A stretch of DNA of 64,000 nt from an uncultured Bacteroidales bacterium (GTDB taxonomy: Bacteria > Bacteroidota > Bacteroidia > Bacteroidales > UBA10428), in assembly GCA_964634105.1 (NCBI GenBank), contig CAZWIU010000006.1, positions 4,288 to 68,287 on the forward strand, in the 5' to 3' direction. Below the pieces are notes generated by a model. That model saw only the letters and a program-made list of their open reading frames with translations, had not been told where the DNA came from and did not search any database. Each line of letters opens with the position of its first letter. Within the stretch, counting starts at the first letter, position 1. Positions 37,713-48,158 of the stretch are shown here, piece after piece. Both the position numbers and the translations under genes were made by a program.

Positions 37713-38228
37713 TCAATAATCCAGGAAGGGTAATAAAGCAATAGTGAAGCTTATTGACTGGGGGCATTTCGCGAGAATCGGATATTTGGAAATACTTTCT
37801 GCATTATTGAATCGCTCTACGATGCGGTTTGTTCCCATAAAAGCGTAAACCTTTTCCGGAAATTTCCCGGCTTCTGCCGATTGCTTTGAATAGTCCTTGA
37901 TCAGTATTTCTCCGGATAAGGTTAAAGCCGTGAGTCGTGTGAGGTAATACTCAGGCCAGTAGGATGATTCAAAAGTATCCAGGCTGCGATTATAACCTTC
38001 CGATCCATCCCAGGAATAAAAAATGATGCTTCCTTTTGCGTACAGAAAATTTCGAATATTCAGTTTGCAGGTAGTAATTGAATTCCCCAGGCCTACCCTT
38101 GAGTTATTGGGAATTTTTGAATGAATGAACCGGTTAACCTCGTTTTCATTATTCAGGATTATAGTTTTAAAACCGTTGTTGCGGAGTATCGATTGTAATT
38201 CCTTAAGTGATGTTTTTTCGATGACCAT
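37713..38228 (-). CDS. LUD-domain-like (DUF162 / lactate-utilisation-related) protein
   Basis: 171 aa. It resembles short LUD-family proteins weakly but colinearly (RVGLGNSITT...; EYYLTRLTALTLSGEILIKD...VYAFMGTNRIV). Confidence 0.4.
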   Translation of the reverse strand: MVIEKTSLKELQSILRNNGFKTIILNNENEVNRFIHSKIPNNSRVGLGNSITTCKLNIRNFLYAKGSIIFYSWDGSEGYNRSLDTFESSYWPEYYLTRLTALTLSGEILIKDYSKQSAEAGKFPEKVYAFMGTNRIVERFNNAESISKYPILAKCPQSISFTIALLPFLDY

Positions 38229-38588
38229 TTTTTCCTGTGAATGAGAGAATTCAGAGCATTAATGATTATTTAGTGCTACAAAATAAAATAAGAAACATGA
38301 CAAATGTCAACTATTTGATTAAAATTTATGTCATTTGGGACAATATGCCAATCATTGGGGTAAAATTTTATTATTCGGGGTGGAAAAGCTTACGTTAAAA
38401 TATAACCTCCTTGTTAATGAGTTTTTTATTATAGCTTGTTCCCCGACCGCTGAAGGTTGATTGCCGACATATTATTTCGTTTACCGAAACAAGATTTTAA
38501 ATTGAATTAACATACTTTACCTTTCAATTTTGTTAATTTAGGAAATCAATTACTTTCACAAAGCCTAAATTGATTAACCAACAGGGAA

Positions 38589-39356
38589 ATGCTGAGAGAA
38601 AGAGTTAATATCTTTTTTGATGAAATTGGCAGGATGTCTGCATTCACAGCTTTATCTGTCCGCTATTTCTTTAAATCACCTTTTGAATACCGCGAGTTTA
38701 TCAGGCAGATGTATGAGGCTGGTGTTAAGTCATTTGGCCTTATTGGCATTACAGCGTTCATCATGGGCCTTGTATTAACCCTGCAAACCTTGCCGGTTAT
38801 GGCTGAATTCGGGACTGAGTCGTGGGTGCCCACTACCGTCTTTATTTCCATTGTCGTAGAAATTGGGCCGGTAATTACTGCCCTGCTGTTTGCCGGAAAG
38901 GTTGGTTCACGTATAGGAGCGGAACTTAGTTCAATGCGTGTTACAGAGCAAATCGATGCCATGGAAGTATCAGGTGTTTATCCGATGAAATATTTGGTTG
39001 TAACGCGTGTATTGGCTACAACAATTATGTTACCTGTTCTTGTTATGTACGCCGATTTTCTTTCGTTGATAGGTTCATACATTGGCTATAATATGAGTAA
39101 CAATATCTCTTTCTGGGCATTTGTCAGGGAATCGTTTGAAGAATTATATTTTACAGATATCATTCCGGCAACAATCAAGACTTTCTTCTTTGGATTTTTT
39201 ATCGGTATACTCAGCTGCTATACCGGTTATACTACTAATAAAGGTGCTGAAGGGGTAGGAAGGGCGACCAATACTGCTGTTATCCTTTCCTCACTTTCCA
39301 TTTTTATAATCGACCTCATTGCTGTTCAATTAACCCAGATCATTATTGTCCGATGA
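38589..39356 (+). CDS. mlaE: MlaE-family ABC transporter permease
   Basis: 255 aa. The motifs are FEYREFIRQMYEAGVKSFGLIGITAFIMGLVLTLQ and ELSSMRVTEQIDAMEV. Confidence 0.85.
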   Translation: MLRERVNIFFDEIGRMSAFTALSVRYFFKSPFEYREFIRQMYEAGVKSFGLIGITAFIMGLVLTLQTLPVMAEFGTESWVPTTVFISIVVEIGPVITALLFAGKVGSRIGAELSSMRVTEQIDAMEVSGVYPMKYLVVTRVLATTIMLPVLVMYADFLSLIGSYIGYNMSNNISFWAFVRESFEELYFTDIIPATIKTFFFGFFIGILSCYTGYTTNKGAEGVGRATNTAVILSSLSIFIIDLIAVQLTQIIIVR

Positions 39357-40105
39357 ATTTTGATGATACTACATATCAGCAATTTGCAATAGAAATTAAT
39401 AACCTGTATAAATCGTTTGGCGACAATGAAGTCCTTACGGATATAAGCCTGAGCCTTTCGATGGATGAAAACCTTGTTATTCTCGGACGCTCAGGCACGG
39501 GTAAGTCGGTTCTTATCAAATGTATTGTTGGTCTCGAAAAATATGACCGGGGCAATATACGCGTTTTGGGACACGAAATAAGCGCTCTCGATGAGTTTAC
39601 GCTGAACGATTTAAGAAAAAACATAGGATTTTTGTTCCAGGGAGCAGCTCTGTATGACTCAATGACAGTGCGGGAGAACCTGATGTTCCCGCTGACCAGG
39701 AATGCTCCGGGTATTAACGGGAAGAGGGCTAACGACCTTATTGAAGACGTACTGGAAAGCGTAGGCCTGCTCGATGCCATCGATAAAATGCCATCTGAAC
39801 TATCGGGAGGTATGAAAAAACGGGCCGGGCTTGCCCGAACGCTTGTCCTCCAACCCAAGATTATTCTTTATGATGAACCTACAACAGGCTTAGATCCATT
39901 TACATCCGACGGTATCAGCGATCTTATCATCAGCATAAAAAAGCGCTATAAAACAGCAGCCATTATTGTTACTCACGATATGAAGTGTGCACGCATTACC
40001 GGTGACAGATTGATCGTTCTGGAAAATGGTAAAATATTGGCAAGCGGGCAGTATAACGAACTTGAAAAAATGGACAATGAAATTATTCAGGGATTTTTTA
40101 ATTAA
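39353..40105 (+). CDS. mlaF: ABC transporter ATP-binding protein (MlaF-like)
   Basis: 250 aa. Walker A is GRSGTGKS, the signature is LSGGMKKR and Walker B is ILYDEPTTGLD. It overlaps mlaE by 4 nt. Confidence 0.9.
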   Translation: MNFDDTTYQQFAIEINNLYKSFGDNEVLTDISLSLSMDENLVILGRSGTGKSVLIKCIVGLEKYDRGNIRVLGHEISALDEFTLNDLRKNIGFLFQGAALYDSMTVRENLMFPLTRNAPGINGKRANDLIEDVLESVGLLDAIDKMPSELSGGMKKRAGLARTLVLQPKIILYDEPTTGLDPFTSDGISDLIISIKKRYKTAAIIVTHDMKCARITGDRLIVLENGKILASGQYNELEKMDNEIIQGFFN

Positions 40106-40116
40106 ACCTCAACACC

Positions 40117-41175
40117 ATGGCACCAAGCAAAAGCAATAACCTCCGCGTCGGAGGATTTATTTTTATCGCTTTTATTCTTTTTGTAGGAGCTATTCTGATC
40201 CTGGGGCAAAAACAGAATCTTTTCCAGCAATCCATCAGGATTTCTACAATTTTCAGCGATGTCAGCGGACTACAGGTTGGAAATAATGTTCGCTTTACCG
40301 GAATTCAGGTAGGCACTATCATGGATATAAAAATAGTCACAGATACATCGGTTAACGTTGAGCTGTCCATTAATAAAAGTGTTGTACCATATATTAAAAA
40401 GGATTCCAGGGCCACTATCGGAACAGAAGGAATGATGGGTAACACAATTGTAATAATACTTCCCGGAACATCGGGATCAGCCAACATTGAACCGGGCGAT
40501 CAACTTCCGTCAATCAATCCTGTAAGTATCGACGATATCATTAGAGAAATAAAAAAATCGAGTGAGAAGATTACCGAAGTGGCTGATAACCTGATTGAGA
40601 TTACGCAAAAGATCAACCGGGGAGATGGTATTTTCGGCAAACTTTTTACCGATTCGGATCTCACTGCGCAGATTGATCGTACCGGTGAGAATATCACCAG
40701 TATTTCGGGGAACCTCAGTGAGATAACCAAGCGGATTAACCAGGGCGAGGGGACTATGGGAAAACTTTTTGTTGACACTACATTTAGCCAGCGGCTCGAT
40801 TCAGCAGCAATTAATATCTCGCTGATTTCACAAAATCTTGAAGATTTTACCGATAAGATGAACAAGGGGAAAGGAATCCTTGGAAAAATGTTGGCCGATA
40901 GTTCTATCACCAACGATTTTAACAAGGCAAGCAAAGATCTTGAAACAGTACTTTCAAATCTTTCGGAAGTGAGCAGGAAACTCAACGATCAAAATAATGC
41001 CCTGAATAAATTTATTGCCGATGAAGCATTTGCCGATTCTGTTGATATTATGCTCAATAATCTGAACAAGGGAATTATTGAAGTTACAGAGGCTTCGGAG
41101 GCATTGCAGCGAAGCGGCGTAGTAAGAGCATTTTCTAAAAAAGATAAAAAGAAGAAGGTTAAATCGGCAGAATAA
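40117..41175 (+). CDS. mlaD: MlaD/MCE-domain substrate-binding protein with a repeat-containing helical C-terminal extension
   Basis: 352 aa. It has an N-terminal TM helix and an MCE domain (GLQVGNNVRFTGIQVGTIMDIKI). Three to four repeats of about 41 aa follow (INRGDGIFGKLF.., INQGEGTMGKLF.., MNKGKGILGKML..). Confidence 0.85.
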   Translation: MAPSKSNNLRVGGFIFIAFILFVGAILILGQKQNLFQQSIRISTIFSDVSGLQVGNNVRFTGIQVGTIMDIKIVTDTSVNVELSINKSVVPYIKKDSRATIGTEGMMGNTIVIILPGTSGSANIEPGDQLPSINPVSIDDIIREIKKSSEKITEVADNLIEITQKINRGDGIFGKLFTDSDLTAQIDRTGENITSISGNLSEITKRINQGEGTMGKLFVDTTFSQRLDSAAINISLISQNLEDFTDKMNKGKGILGKMLADSSITNDFNKASKDLETVLSNLSEVSRKLNDQNNALNKFIADEAFADSVDIMLNNLNKGIIEVTEASEALQRSGVVRAFSKKDKKKKVKSAE

Positions 41176-41370
41176 CTGGGGCATCATCTTGTTTATTTAT
41201 CAAAATCTTATATAAATTTCACCTGTTTATTAACAGCTTACGTTTTCAATGTTCTGCTGTACATCCGATTGTACATCAACTCTGAATAGACCATAAAACT
41301 GTTAATTCATCAAAGCTTTTGCTTAATCCTTTTACATTATGATATCTTTGATGTGTTAAATGAACAGAAT

Positions 41371-42597
41371 ATGAGTATTACGCTGAAATACGGAAAGGTC
41401 AATAAAAGTTTCAATATCCCGGAACATTCTGAAACGCTCGAAGTACATGAACCCGCTTTTAAAAGTGACAAGGAAAAGTTCTGTTCCGATCTTTGTGCTT
41501 GTCTTCCTGATGATATTAACCAATACGCCAATATCGGAATCATTGTCTCCGACAAAACCCGCCTGTGCGGATATCCTTCGTTCCTGCCCTGGATAACTGA
41601 AACATTGATGAATAGGGGCGCCTGCAAAGAACATATTACTTTTTATATTGCCTATGGAACACACCCCCGTCAGACTGAGGAAGAAAGTTTGAACAGCTAC
41701 GGCGATACCTATAAAAACTTCAGGTTTGTACATCATAATTGTTCCGATGAGAGTGTCTTTGTTCAGCTTGGAGTTACATCTTCAGGTACTCCTGTGAAAA
41801 CCCGAAAAGATATTTTGGAGAGCACCCTATTGATTACCTTCGGAGCCATCTCGCATCACTATTTTGCCGGATATGGAGGAGGAAGAAAACTACTATTCCC
41901 TGGGCTTGGAGAACGAAAGGCAATTTACCACAACCACGGACTCTTCCTCGATCGTAAACACCGTATTCTCGAAACGGGATGCCAACCGGGGAACCTCGAT
42001 GGTAATCCCCTTGCCGAAGACCTGAAAGAGTTTGACAGCCTGATGCCCAACCGTATTTCAATTCATGGTATTCTTAACAGTAAGGGCGAAGTATGTAATC
42101 TGATGATTGGTAAAGATTACAACGATTTCGTTGCTGCCTGTACCCAACATGATAGTTATTACAGGTCGAAGATTGATAAAAAATTCGATCTGGTGCTCGC
42201 ATCAAGCGGTGGTTATCCGAAAGACATAAACTTTATCCAGGCGCATAAATCTGTTCATCATGCTGCTGCTTTTGTAAAGGATGGTGGAAAGCTGGTAATG
42301 CTGTCCGAGTGTATCGATGGAATTGCTTCCAACTATTTCATTAAATACCTCGAAAGCGGGAGCTTTGAGAATGCTTTTGCTATGCTCGAAAAGAACTATG
42401 AAGGTAACGGAGGCACAGCGCTTTCCATGATGACTAAAACAAATCGTATCCGCATTTATATGATGACTTCGCTGGATGAAGCCACATGTAAAATACTTAA
42501 TGTTACCAGGATAAATACAGCTGGTATTCAGGATCTTCTTGATAAAGAAAAAGGTTCGGTTGCAGTGATCAGGAATGCAAGCATGCTCATAAGATAA
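41371..42597 (+). CDS. LarA-like (nickel-pincer-dependent lactate racemase family, DUF2088) protein
   Basis: The start is MSITLKYGKVNKSFNIPEH. The motifs are VSDKTR, IAYGTHPRQTEEE and HHYFAGYGGGRKLLFPG. The ORF track starts at a GTG at 41353. Confidence 0.78.
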   Translation: MSITLKYGKVNKSFNIPEHSETLEVHEPAFKSDKEKFCSDLCACLPDDINQYANIGIIVSDKTRLCGYPSFLPWITETLMNRGACKEHITFYIAYGTHPRQTEEESLNSYGDTYKNFRFVHHNCSDESVFVQLGVTSSGTPVKTRKDILESTLLITFGAISHHYFAGYGGGRKLLFPGLGERKAIYHNHGLFLDRKHRILETGCQPGNLDGNPLAEDLKEFDSLMPNRISIHGILNSKGEVCNLMIGKDYNDFVAACTQHDSYYRSKIDKKFDLVLASSGGYPKDINFIQAHKSVHHAAAFVKDGGKLVMLSECIDGIASNYFIKYLESGSFENAFAMLEKNYEGNGGTALSMMTKTNRIRIYMMTSLDEATCKILNVTRINTAGIQDLLDKEKGSVAVIRNASMLIR

Positions 42598-42630
42598 GAG
42601 CATGAACTGCAATATCCTTGTTAGATTTAC

Positions 42631-44151
42631 CTAATTCGTGATCCGGTCATAGATCTCTCCCCAATGTCGTAATTTCTTGATGGTACGTTTATCGAGTTCT
42701 TTCTTTTTCATGCGCCATAGCCAGTTACCACTGGTTGTAGACGGGTAATTCATACGATCTTTCTCGCCTAGTCCAAGGATATCCTGCATAGGTATGATCG
42801 CTATTTTTGCAACCGACTTATAGGCAAGCCTGATCATTTCTTTATGACAATTTAGCGGAGTAATTCTTTTTGAAAGATAACGCTGAAAATTCTTTCTTGC
42901 CTTTTTACCCGCTTCGTTAGTATACCAGCCTTTCACCGTGTTGTTATCATGAGTACCTGTGTACACTACTGAATTTTCACGATGATGATGAGGTATAAAG
43001 ATGGATTTGGGCATATCTTCTCCGAATGCAAACTGGAGTATGATCATTCCGGGAAGATGGTATCGGTCGCGAAGGTCAAATACCGGCTGATCGATATCTC
43101 CTAGGTCCTCTGCAATGAATGGCATTTCAGGAAAATGATGTTTGAATGTTTCAAAAAGATCTCTGCCTGGCCCTTGAATCCATTGGCCTTTGATAGCATC
43201 TTCCGATCCGCCGTCAACCTCCCAGAAAGATGAAAATCCCCTGAAATGATCCAGGCGCACTACATTGAAAAGCTGTAGGTTTTTCCTAACCCGTTCAACC
43301 CACCAGTCGAAGCCTTTGTCACGGAGGAGGTCCCAGTTATACACCGGCATATTCCATAGTTGTCCCTTATCATTGAAATAATCGGGTGGAACGCCGGCAA
43401 CCTTTGCCATCTCCTTATTTTCTTTAAGCTTAAAATACTCGGGATGTGACCATACGTCTGCGCTGTCATGACTTATATAAATGGGAATATCACCCAGGAT
43501 CTCAACTCCGTGATCATGGCAATAATTTTTTAATACCATCCACTGTTCATGAAACAGGAATTGGCCGAATTTTTCCAGTTCGATAGCATCCGCATTTTCT
43601 TTATGAATATGTCTCAACGCATCCTGGTGCCGGTCGCGCAACTCTGCCGGCCAGGTTTGCCATTCTGCCTGATTGAAGTTCTTTTTTAATGTCATAAATA
43701 CGGCAAAATCGTCGAGCCAGTATTTTTCCTGCTGGCAATATTCATGGAACTGATCATTCATGCGCTTATCGTGATGCTTTTTAAATTGTCCGTAAGCATT
43801 CTCGATCAACTTTCTTTTAAGCCTGGCTGCTTTTTCATAATGTACATGCCCTGGTTTAATAAAAGTCTTTATAGTGTCTGCCTTGTCGATCAGTTTCTTC
43901 TCTATCAATAACTCCGGACTTAATAACAGGGTATTGCCTGCAAAAGCCGAAAGGGGGCTATAGGGTGAATACGTTCGCGTAATATCAAAAGGGTTCACAG
44001 GAAGTATTTGCCAGAAGTGCATTCCGGCCCGTTTGAGTGTTTTAATAAATTTGTATGATTGGGGACCAATATCACCTATGCCATACTCTCCTGGCAAGGA
44101 ACTGATGTGCATCAGGATACCTGCGCTCCTGTTAAATTGTCGTCTGTGCAT
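42631..44151 (-). CDS. malQ: 4-alpha-glucanotransferase (amylomaltase, GH77)
   Basis: 506 aa. The motifs are GILMHISSLPGEYGIGDIG, VRLDHFRGF, IAEDLG and YTGTHDNNT. Confidence 0.92.
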   Translation of the reverse strand: MHRRQFNRSAGILMHISSLPGEYGIGDIGPQSYKFIKTLKRAGMHFWQILPVNPFDITRTYSPYSPLSAFAGNTLLLSPELLIEKKLIDKADTIKTFIKPGHVHYEKAARLKRKLIENAYGQFKKHHDKRMNDQFHEYCQQEKYWLDDFAVFMTLKKNFNQAEWQTWPAELRDRHQDALRHIHKENADAIELEKFGQFLFHEQWMVLKNYCHDHGVEILGDIPIYISHDSADVWSHPEYFKLKENKEMAKVAGVPPDYFNDKGQLWNMPVYNWDLLRDKGFDWWVERVRKNLQLFNVVRLDHFRGFSSFWEVDGGSEDAIKGQWIQGPGRDLFETFKHHFPEMPFIAEDLGDIDQPVFDLRDRYHLPGMIILQFAFGEDMPKSIFIPHHHRENSVVYTGTHDNNTVKGWYTNEAGKKARKNFQRYLSKRITPLNCHKEMIRLAYKSVAKIAIIPMQDILGLGEKDRMNYPSTTSGNWLWRMKKKELDKRTIKKLRHWGEIYDRITN

Positions 44152-44366
44152 CGTTCTGTATTTTACGTATTCCTAATTTGGCTATGTCAACGCTTCCATT
44201 TCTAAATTTCAGTAAAAAAAATTGAAGTACAAACGTATTTTTAACGTCCGACATGATTTTTCCACAACTTATCAAACAGATCGAAATAGAAACCATAAAA
44301 TAAATACATTTGAGGGTAATCTGACCAAACCTGATTCTCAACTCAGACCAGGAATTTAAATATCCG

Positions 44367-46508
44367 ATGGAGAAATATTCAGGCCAAATATTACCAGGAA
44401 AGCCATATCCGCTGGGTGCAAACTGGGATGGTAACGGAGTAAATTTTGCCATTTTCAGTGAGCATGCGGCGGCCATTAAATTATGCCTGTTCCGGTCGCC
44501 CGACGATCCCGAAGAATATACCTATATTAATATTCATGAAGTTACCGGATTTGTATGGCATGTTTACCTTCCTGGGATAAAACCGGGACAGTTGTATGCT
44601 TACCGTGTATTTGGCCGTTATAAACCCACAGAAGGTTTTAGGTTTAATCCGCATAAACTGTTAATCGATCCTTATGCAAAGGCTATTTGCGGCCCTACCA
44701 GGATTCATGAAAAAATGCTTGGGTTTAACCCCGATAAGCACGATAAACGCTATCCTTTCAAAAAAGATATCAGGAATAGCGCCGAGGTAGTGAACAAGTG
44801 CATGGTTGTTGATACACGTTTTAACTGGGAAGACGACCGCCGGCCTGAGATCCCGATGAACGATTCTATTATTTATGAACTTCATGTAAAAGGTTTCACA
44901 GCACTGCACCCGAAAATAATACCGGAAGAAAGAGGAACATTTAAAGCACTTACTTCGCCTGTGATCATAGAATATTTTAAAAAACTTGGCATCACAGCCA
45001 TTGAACTTATGCCGGTACACCATTTTGCACACGACTTGTTCTTGCAGGAAAAGGGATTATCAAACTACTGGGGGTATAATACAATAGGGTTTTTCGCCCC
45101 CCATGCCGAATATAGTGCAACCGGCCAGTACGGGCAGCAGGTGACCGAATTTAAAAACCTGGTGAAAATATACCATAAGGCAGGAATTGAAGTTATCCTG
45201 GATGTTGTATATAACCACACAGCCGAGGGTGATCACCTGGGGCCGACTTTAAGCTTCAGGGGCATTGATAATATCAACTATTACAGGCTCGACCAGCATA
45301 AACCCTGGTTATATACCGATTATACCGGAACAGGTAATACGCTTAATCTTCTCTGTTCGAGGACGCTTCAAATGGTTATGGACAGTCTTCGCTACTGGAT
45401 CAACGACATGCATGTCGATGGGTTCAGGTTCGATCTTGCTTCAGCATTGGCAAGGGGCCTGTTTGATGTTGGAAAGTTGTCCACCTTTCTTGATACCATA
45501 CATCAGGATCCTGTTATTTCACAGGTTAAGCTGATAGCCGAACCATGGGACATTGGCGAAGGTGGCTACCAGGTTGGTAACTTTCCTGTTCTTTGGGCCG
45601 AATGGAACGGGAAATACCGCGATTGTGTGAGAAAATTCTGGCGAGGTGATGAAAGCCAGGTCAAGGAACTGGCTTATCGGCTGAGTGGAAGTAGCGACCT
45701 GTATGAGGATGACGGCCGTCAACCTTCATCCAGCATCAATTTTATAACTTGTCATGATGGCTTTACACTGCACGACCTGGTGAGCTACAATCATAAACAC
45801 AATGCTATTAACGGAGAGGAAAATAGAGATGGCGAAAGTGTTAACTACAGTTGGAATTCAGGAGTGGAAGGTCCGACCGACGATGAAAAAATTATAAAAC
45901 TCAGAGAGGAACGTAAACGAGCGTTCATGGCCACGCTGCTACTCAGCCAGGGTGTCCCGATGATTTCGCATGGCGATGAATATGGCCGGACACAGTATGG
46001 CAATAACAATGCATATTGTCAGGATAATGAACTGGCCTGGTTTAACTGGAACTGGGATGAGAACCAGAAAAATTTCTTTGAGTTCACGCGAAAGCTCATC
46101 TCTATCAGAAAAAGCCAGCCCGTAACGCACAAACGACGATTCTTTAAAGGCCGCAGAATTCGCGGAACAGGTGTTAAAGATATTCGTTGGCTCAATAATG
46201 ACGGAACTGATATGACCGATATCCAATGGAATACCGATTTCATTCGCTGTATGGGCATGCTGCTGAACGGAGAGCTTATTAATGAAGTTAATGAAGAGGG
46301 CATTCCCATTAAAGATGATATTCTTCTTATGATCGTAAACAGCTTCTGGGAGAAAGTGGATTTTGTATTGCCCAATACAACCCTTGGCCACGATTGGGAA
46401 ATGCTCATCGATACAAGCAAGGAAAATTCACATAATGAACAGCCTATCATCACTGGAACGATAGCTATTCCACCCAGATCCTTGATACTGTTGAGAAACA
46501 AACGCTGA
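44367..46508 (+). CDS. glgX: Glycogen debranching enzyme GlgX (GH13)
   Basis: 713 aa. The motifs are YPLGANWDGNGVNFAIFSEHA, VILDVVYNHT, GFRFDLA, IAEPWD and FITCHDGFTL. Confidence 0.92.
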   Translation: MEKYSGQILPGKPYPLGANWDGNGVNFAIFSEHAAAIKLCLFRSPDDPEEYTYINIHEVTGFVWHVYLPGIKPGQLYAYRVFGRYKPTEGFRFNPHKLLIDPYAKAICGPTRIHEKMLGFNPDKHDKRYPFKKDIRNSAEVVNKCMVVDTRFNWEDDRRPEIPMNDSIIYELHVKGFTALHPKIIPEERGTFKALTSPVIIEYFKKLGITAIELMPVHHFAHDLFLQEKGLSNYWGYNTIGFFAPHAEYSATGQYGQQVTEFKNLVKIYHKAGIEVILDVVYNHTAEGDHLGPTLSFRGIDNINYYRLDQHKPWLYTDYTGTGNTLNLLCSRTLQMVMDSLRYWINDMHVDGFRFDLASALARGLFDVGKLSTFLDTIHQDPVISQVKLIAEPWDIGEGGYQVGNFPVLWAEWNGKYRDCVRKFWRGDESQVKELAYRLSGSSDLYEDDGRQPSSSINFITCHDGFTLHDLVSYNHKHNAINGEENRDGESVNYSWNSGVEGPTDDEKIIKLREERKRAFMATLLLSQGVPMISHGDEYGRTQYGNNNAYCQDNELAWFNWNWDENQKNFFEFTRKLISIRKSQPVTHKRRFFKGRRIRGTGVKDIRWLNNDGTDMTDIQWNTDFIRCMGMLLNGELINEVNEEGIPIKDDILLMIVNSFWEKVDFVLPNTTLGHDWEMLIDTSKENSHNEQPIITGTIAIPPRSLILLRNKR

Positions 46509-46640
46509 CAGGGGAATTTTCTTCATTACCAATTGCTAAAAAGTAAATTTTCATCATTATCGTACCTCCTTGATTATTGTCTGCGCAATCAATATTTGTT
46601 GCACTGAATCACCCGTTATGGTAACTATAATGTCATGAAT

Positions 46641-46667
46641 AAAAAAGCCCGGTATTTTGTACCGGGC
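46641..46667 (-). terminator. Intrinsic terminator (read on the minus strand: hairpin then T-run); possibly bidirectional
   Basis: GCCCGGTA (46647-46654) pairs with TACCGGGC (46660-46667). An A-run at 46641-46646 becomes a T-run on the minus strand. It lies 36 nt downstream of the stop at 46703. Confidence 0.6.
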
Positions 46668-46702
46668 ATAACCCATTATCTGTCTATGAAGAGAAGTGTT
46701 GA

Positions 46703-47983
46703 TTAATTCCTTTTCAGTTTTTTATCTAACCTTTTAATAGCATTTTCGATCGATTCATCGGGTTTGATATAGTTGTATTCACCCCAGAAGTCTTTATCCT
46801 CGGTTGAACCAACCTGTTCAGCAAGCACATCGGAGTACTTTGCAGCTTCTTTATAGGGGAATTTTTCGATATTTTCCGAATCACGATCGGTAATTGCCAT
46901 CTCGAACATGGTAGCTATGGTTGATTTAAAAAGCTTCTTGTCCCATTTTGCACTGAATAATACTTCGGAACGCACATAGTTAAGTGCCCATTTCCCATTG
47001 ACCAGGCGATAATTTACCAGATAATTGCCGCTGAGAACATCCATTTTCATGGTGGCGGGTTTCTTTTTAATCAGCACTTTGGCAGCATCATCAAGGCTCT
47101 TTTCGCTCAGTTTGAAATCAATTCCGGTAACTGCATACGATTCGATATCAATATATATCTTACCCTGAAATAACGGATACTCTACCGAGCTGATCTGATC
47201 AAATTCGATAACATAATTATTCCTGTCCTCAACCTTTACAATACCTGTAAGCTGGAATTCATAATACTGGAACATTTCAGGATCGAGCAATACTCCCGGA
47301 TTTTTAACAACATCGAGGAACATGGCAGTTCTTGGTCCACCCTGGAACTTAACAAGAACGGTATCCATTTTTTTCACGTCCTTACTCTTCCTCCCTTTGG
47401 ATATTTTTACGCGGTCAAAGTCAAAATTATCGTTGTAGCCGGCATTATAAATATCGAGTACTGCTTCTGAAACTGAAACATAGTTCCTGTTTTGCTTTAT
47501 GGTTTCACGATAGAAGCCTGTCTGCATTTCCGGATCGATATTGTAATTATTTTTCTTTTTACTTAAGGCGTTAAACAGTATAGCCTTTGGGTCAAGCTTC
47601 TTAACTACTACCTCTTCAATCGGGATAACATGCATTTCGAGTTCGATCGTCTTTAATCCCGATATGAGGGCACTGATACTAACCTCTTTATTCTTATAGC
47701 CGATATGGGATATGGTGATGTTTCCCCGGATAGATTTGTTCGGTATCTTAAGAATAAACTCACCTTCGGAGTTCGTTACAGTTGCAATGTTTGATCCGTT
47801 ATCGTGAATCGAAGCAAAAACAACCGGGTCTTTTGTTATCTGATCGACAATTTTAGCTGTAAGAGTGGTGTACGATAATGAATCATTTGCTTTCTTATTA
47901 TGTGAAGGCAAACTGATTCGGGCATTTATATTGCCCACGATCAAGAGCATGCTGGCAATGCTCAGTAAAATTAACTTTTTCAT
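46703..47983 (-). CDS. Carboxypeptidase-regulatory-like domain protein (secreted, function unknown)
   Basis: 426 aa with a signal peptide. The CarboxypepD_reg-like N-terminal domain is LTAKIVDQITKDPVVFASIHDNGSNIATVTNSEGEFILKIP...ITISHIGYK. Confidence 0.6.
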   Translation of the reverse strand: MKKLILLSIASMLLIVGNINARISLPSHNKKANDSLSYTTLTAKIVDQITKDPVVFASIHDNGSNIATVTNSEGEFILKIPNKSIRGNITISHIGYKNKEVSISALISGLKTIELEMHVIPIEEVVVKKLDPKAILFNALSKKKNNYNIDPEMQTGFYRETIKQNRNYVSVSEAVLDIYNAGYNDNFDFDRVKISKGRKSKDVKKMDTVLVKFQGGPRTAMFLDVVKNPGVLLDPEMFQYYEFQLTGIVKVEDRNNYVIEFDQISSVEYPLFQGKIYIDIESYAVTGIDFKLSEKSLDDAAKVLIKKKPATMKMDVLSGNYLVNYRLVNGKWALNYVRSEVLFSAKWDKKLFKSTIATMFEMAITDRDSENIEKFPYKEAAKYSDVLAEQVGSTEDKDFWGEYNYIKPDESIENAIKRLDKKLKRN

Positions 47984-48158
47984 GATAGTGTTTTTTTATG
48001 TAGAAACATTACTTTTTCGTTTTCATCATTTTGGTAAGCTTACATGCTTATGACATATTACTTTCTTATCACACGTATTTTATTTTTTTATGCGATCAGG
48101 CACAAACATCATTGTTTTTTTATTTATTTGGGCTTAGATTTCACTTTAGCTAGAAACA

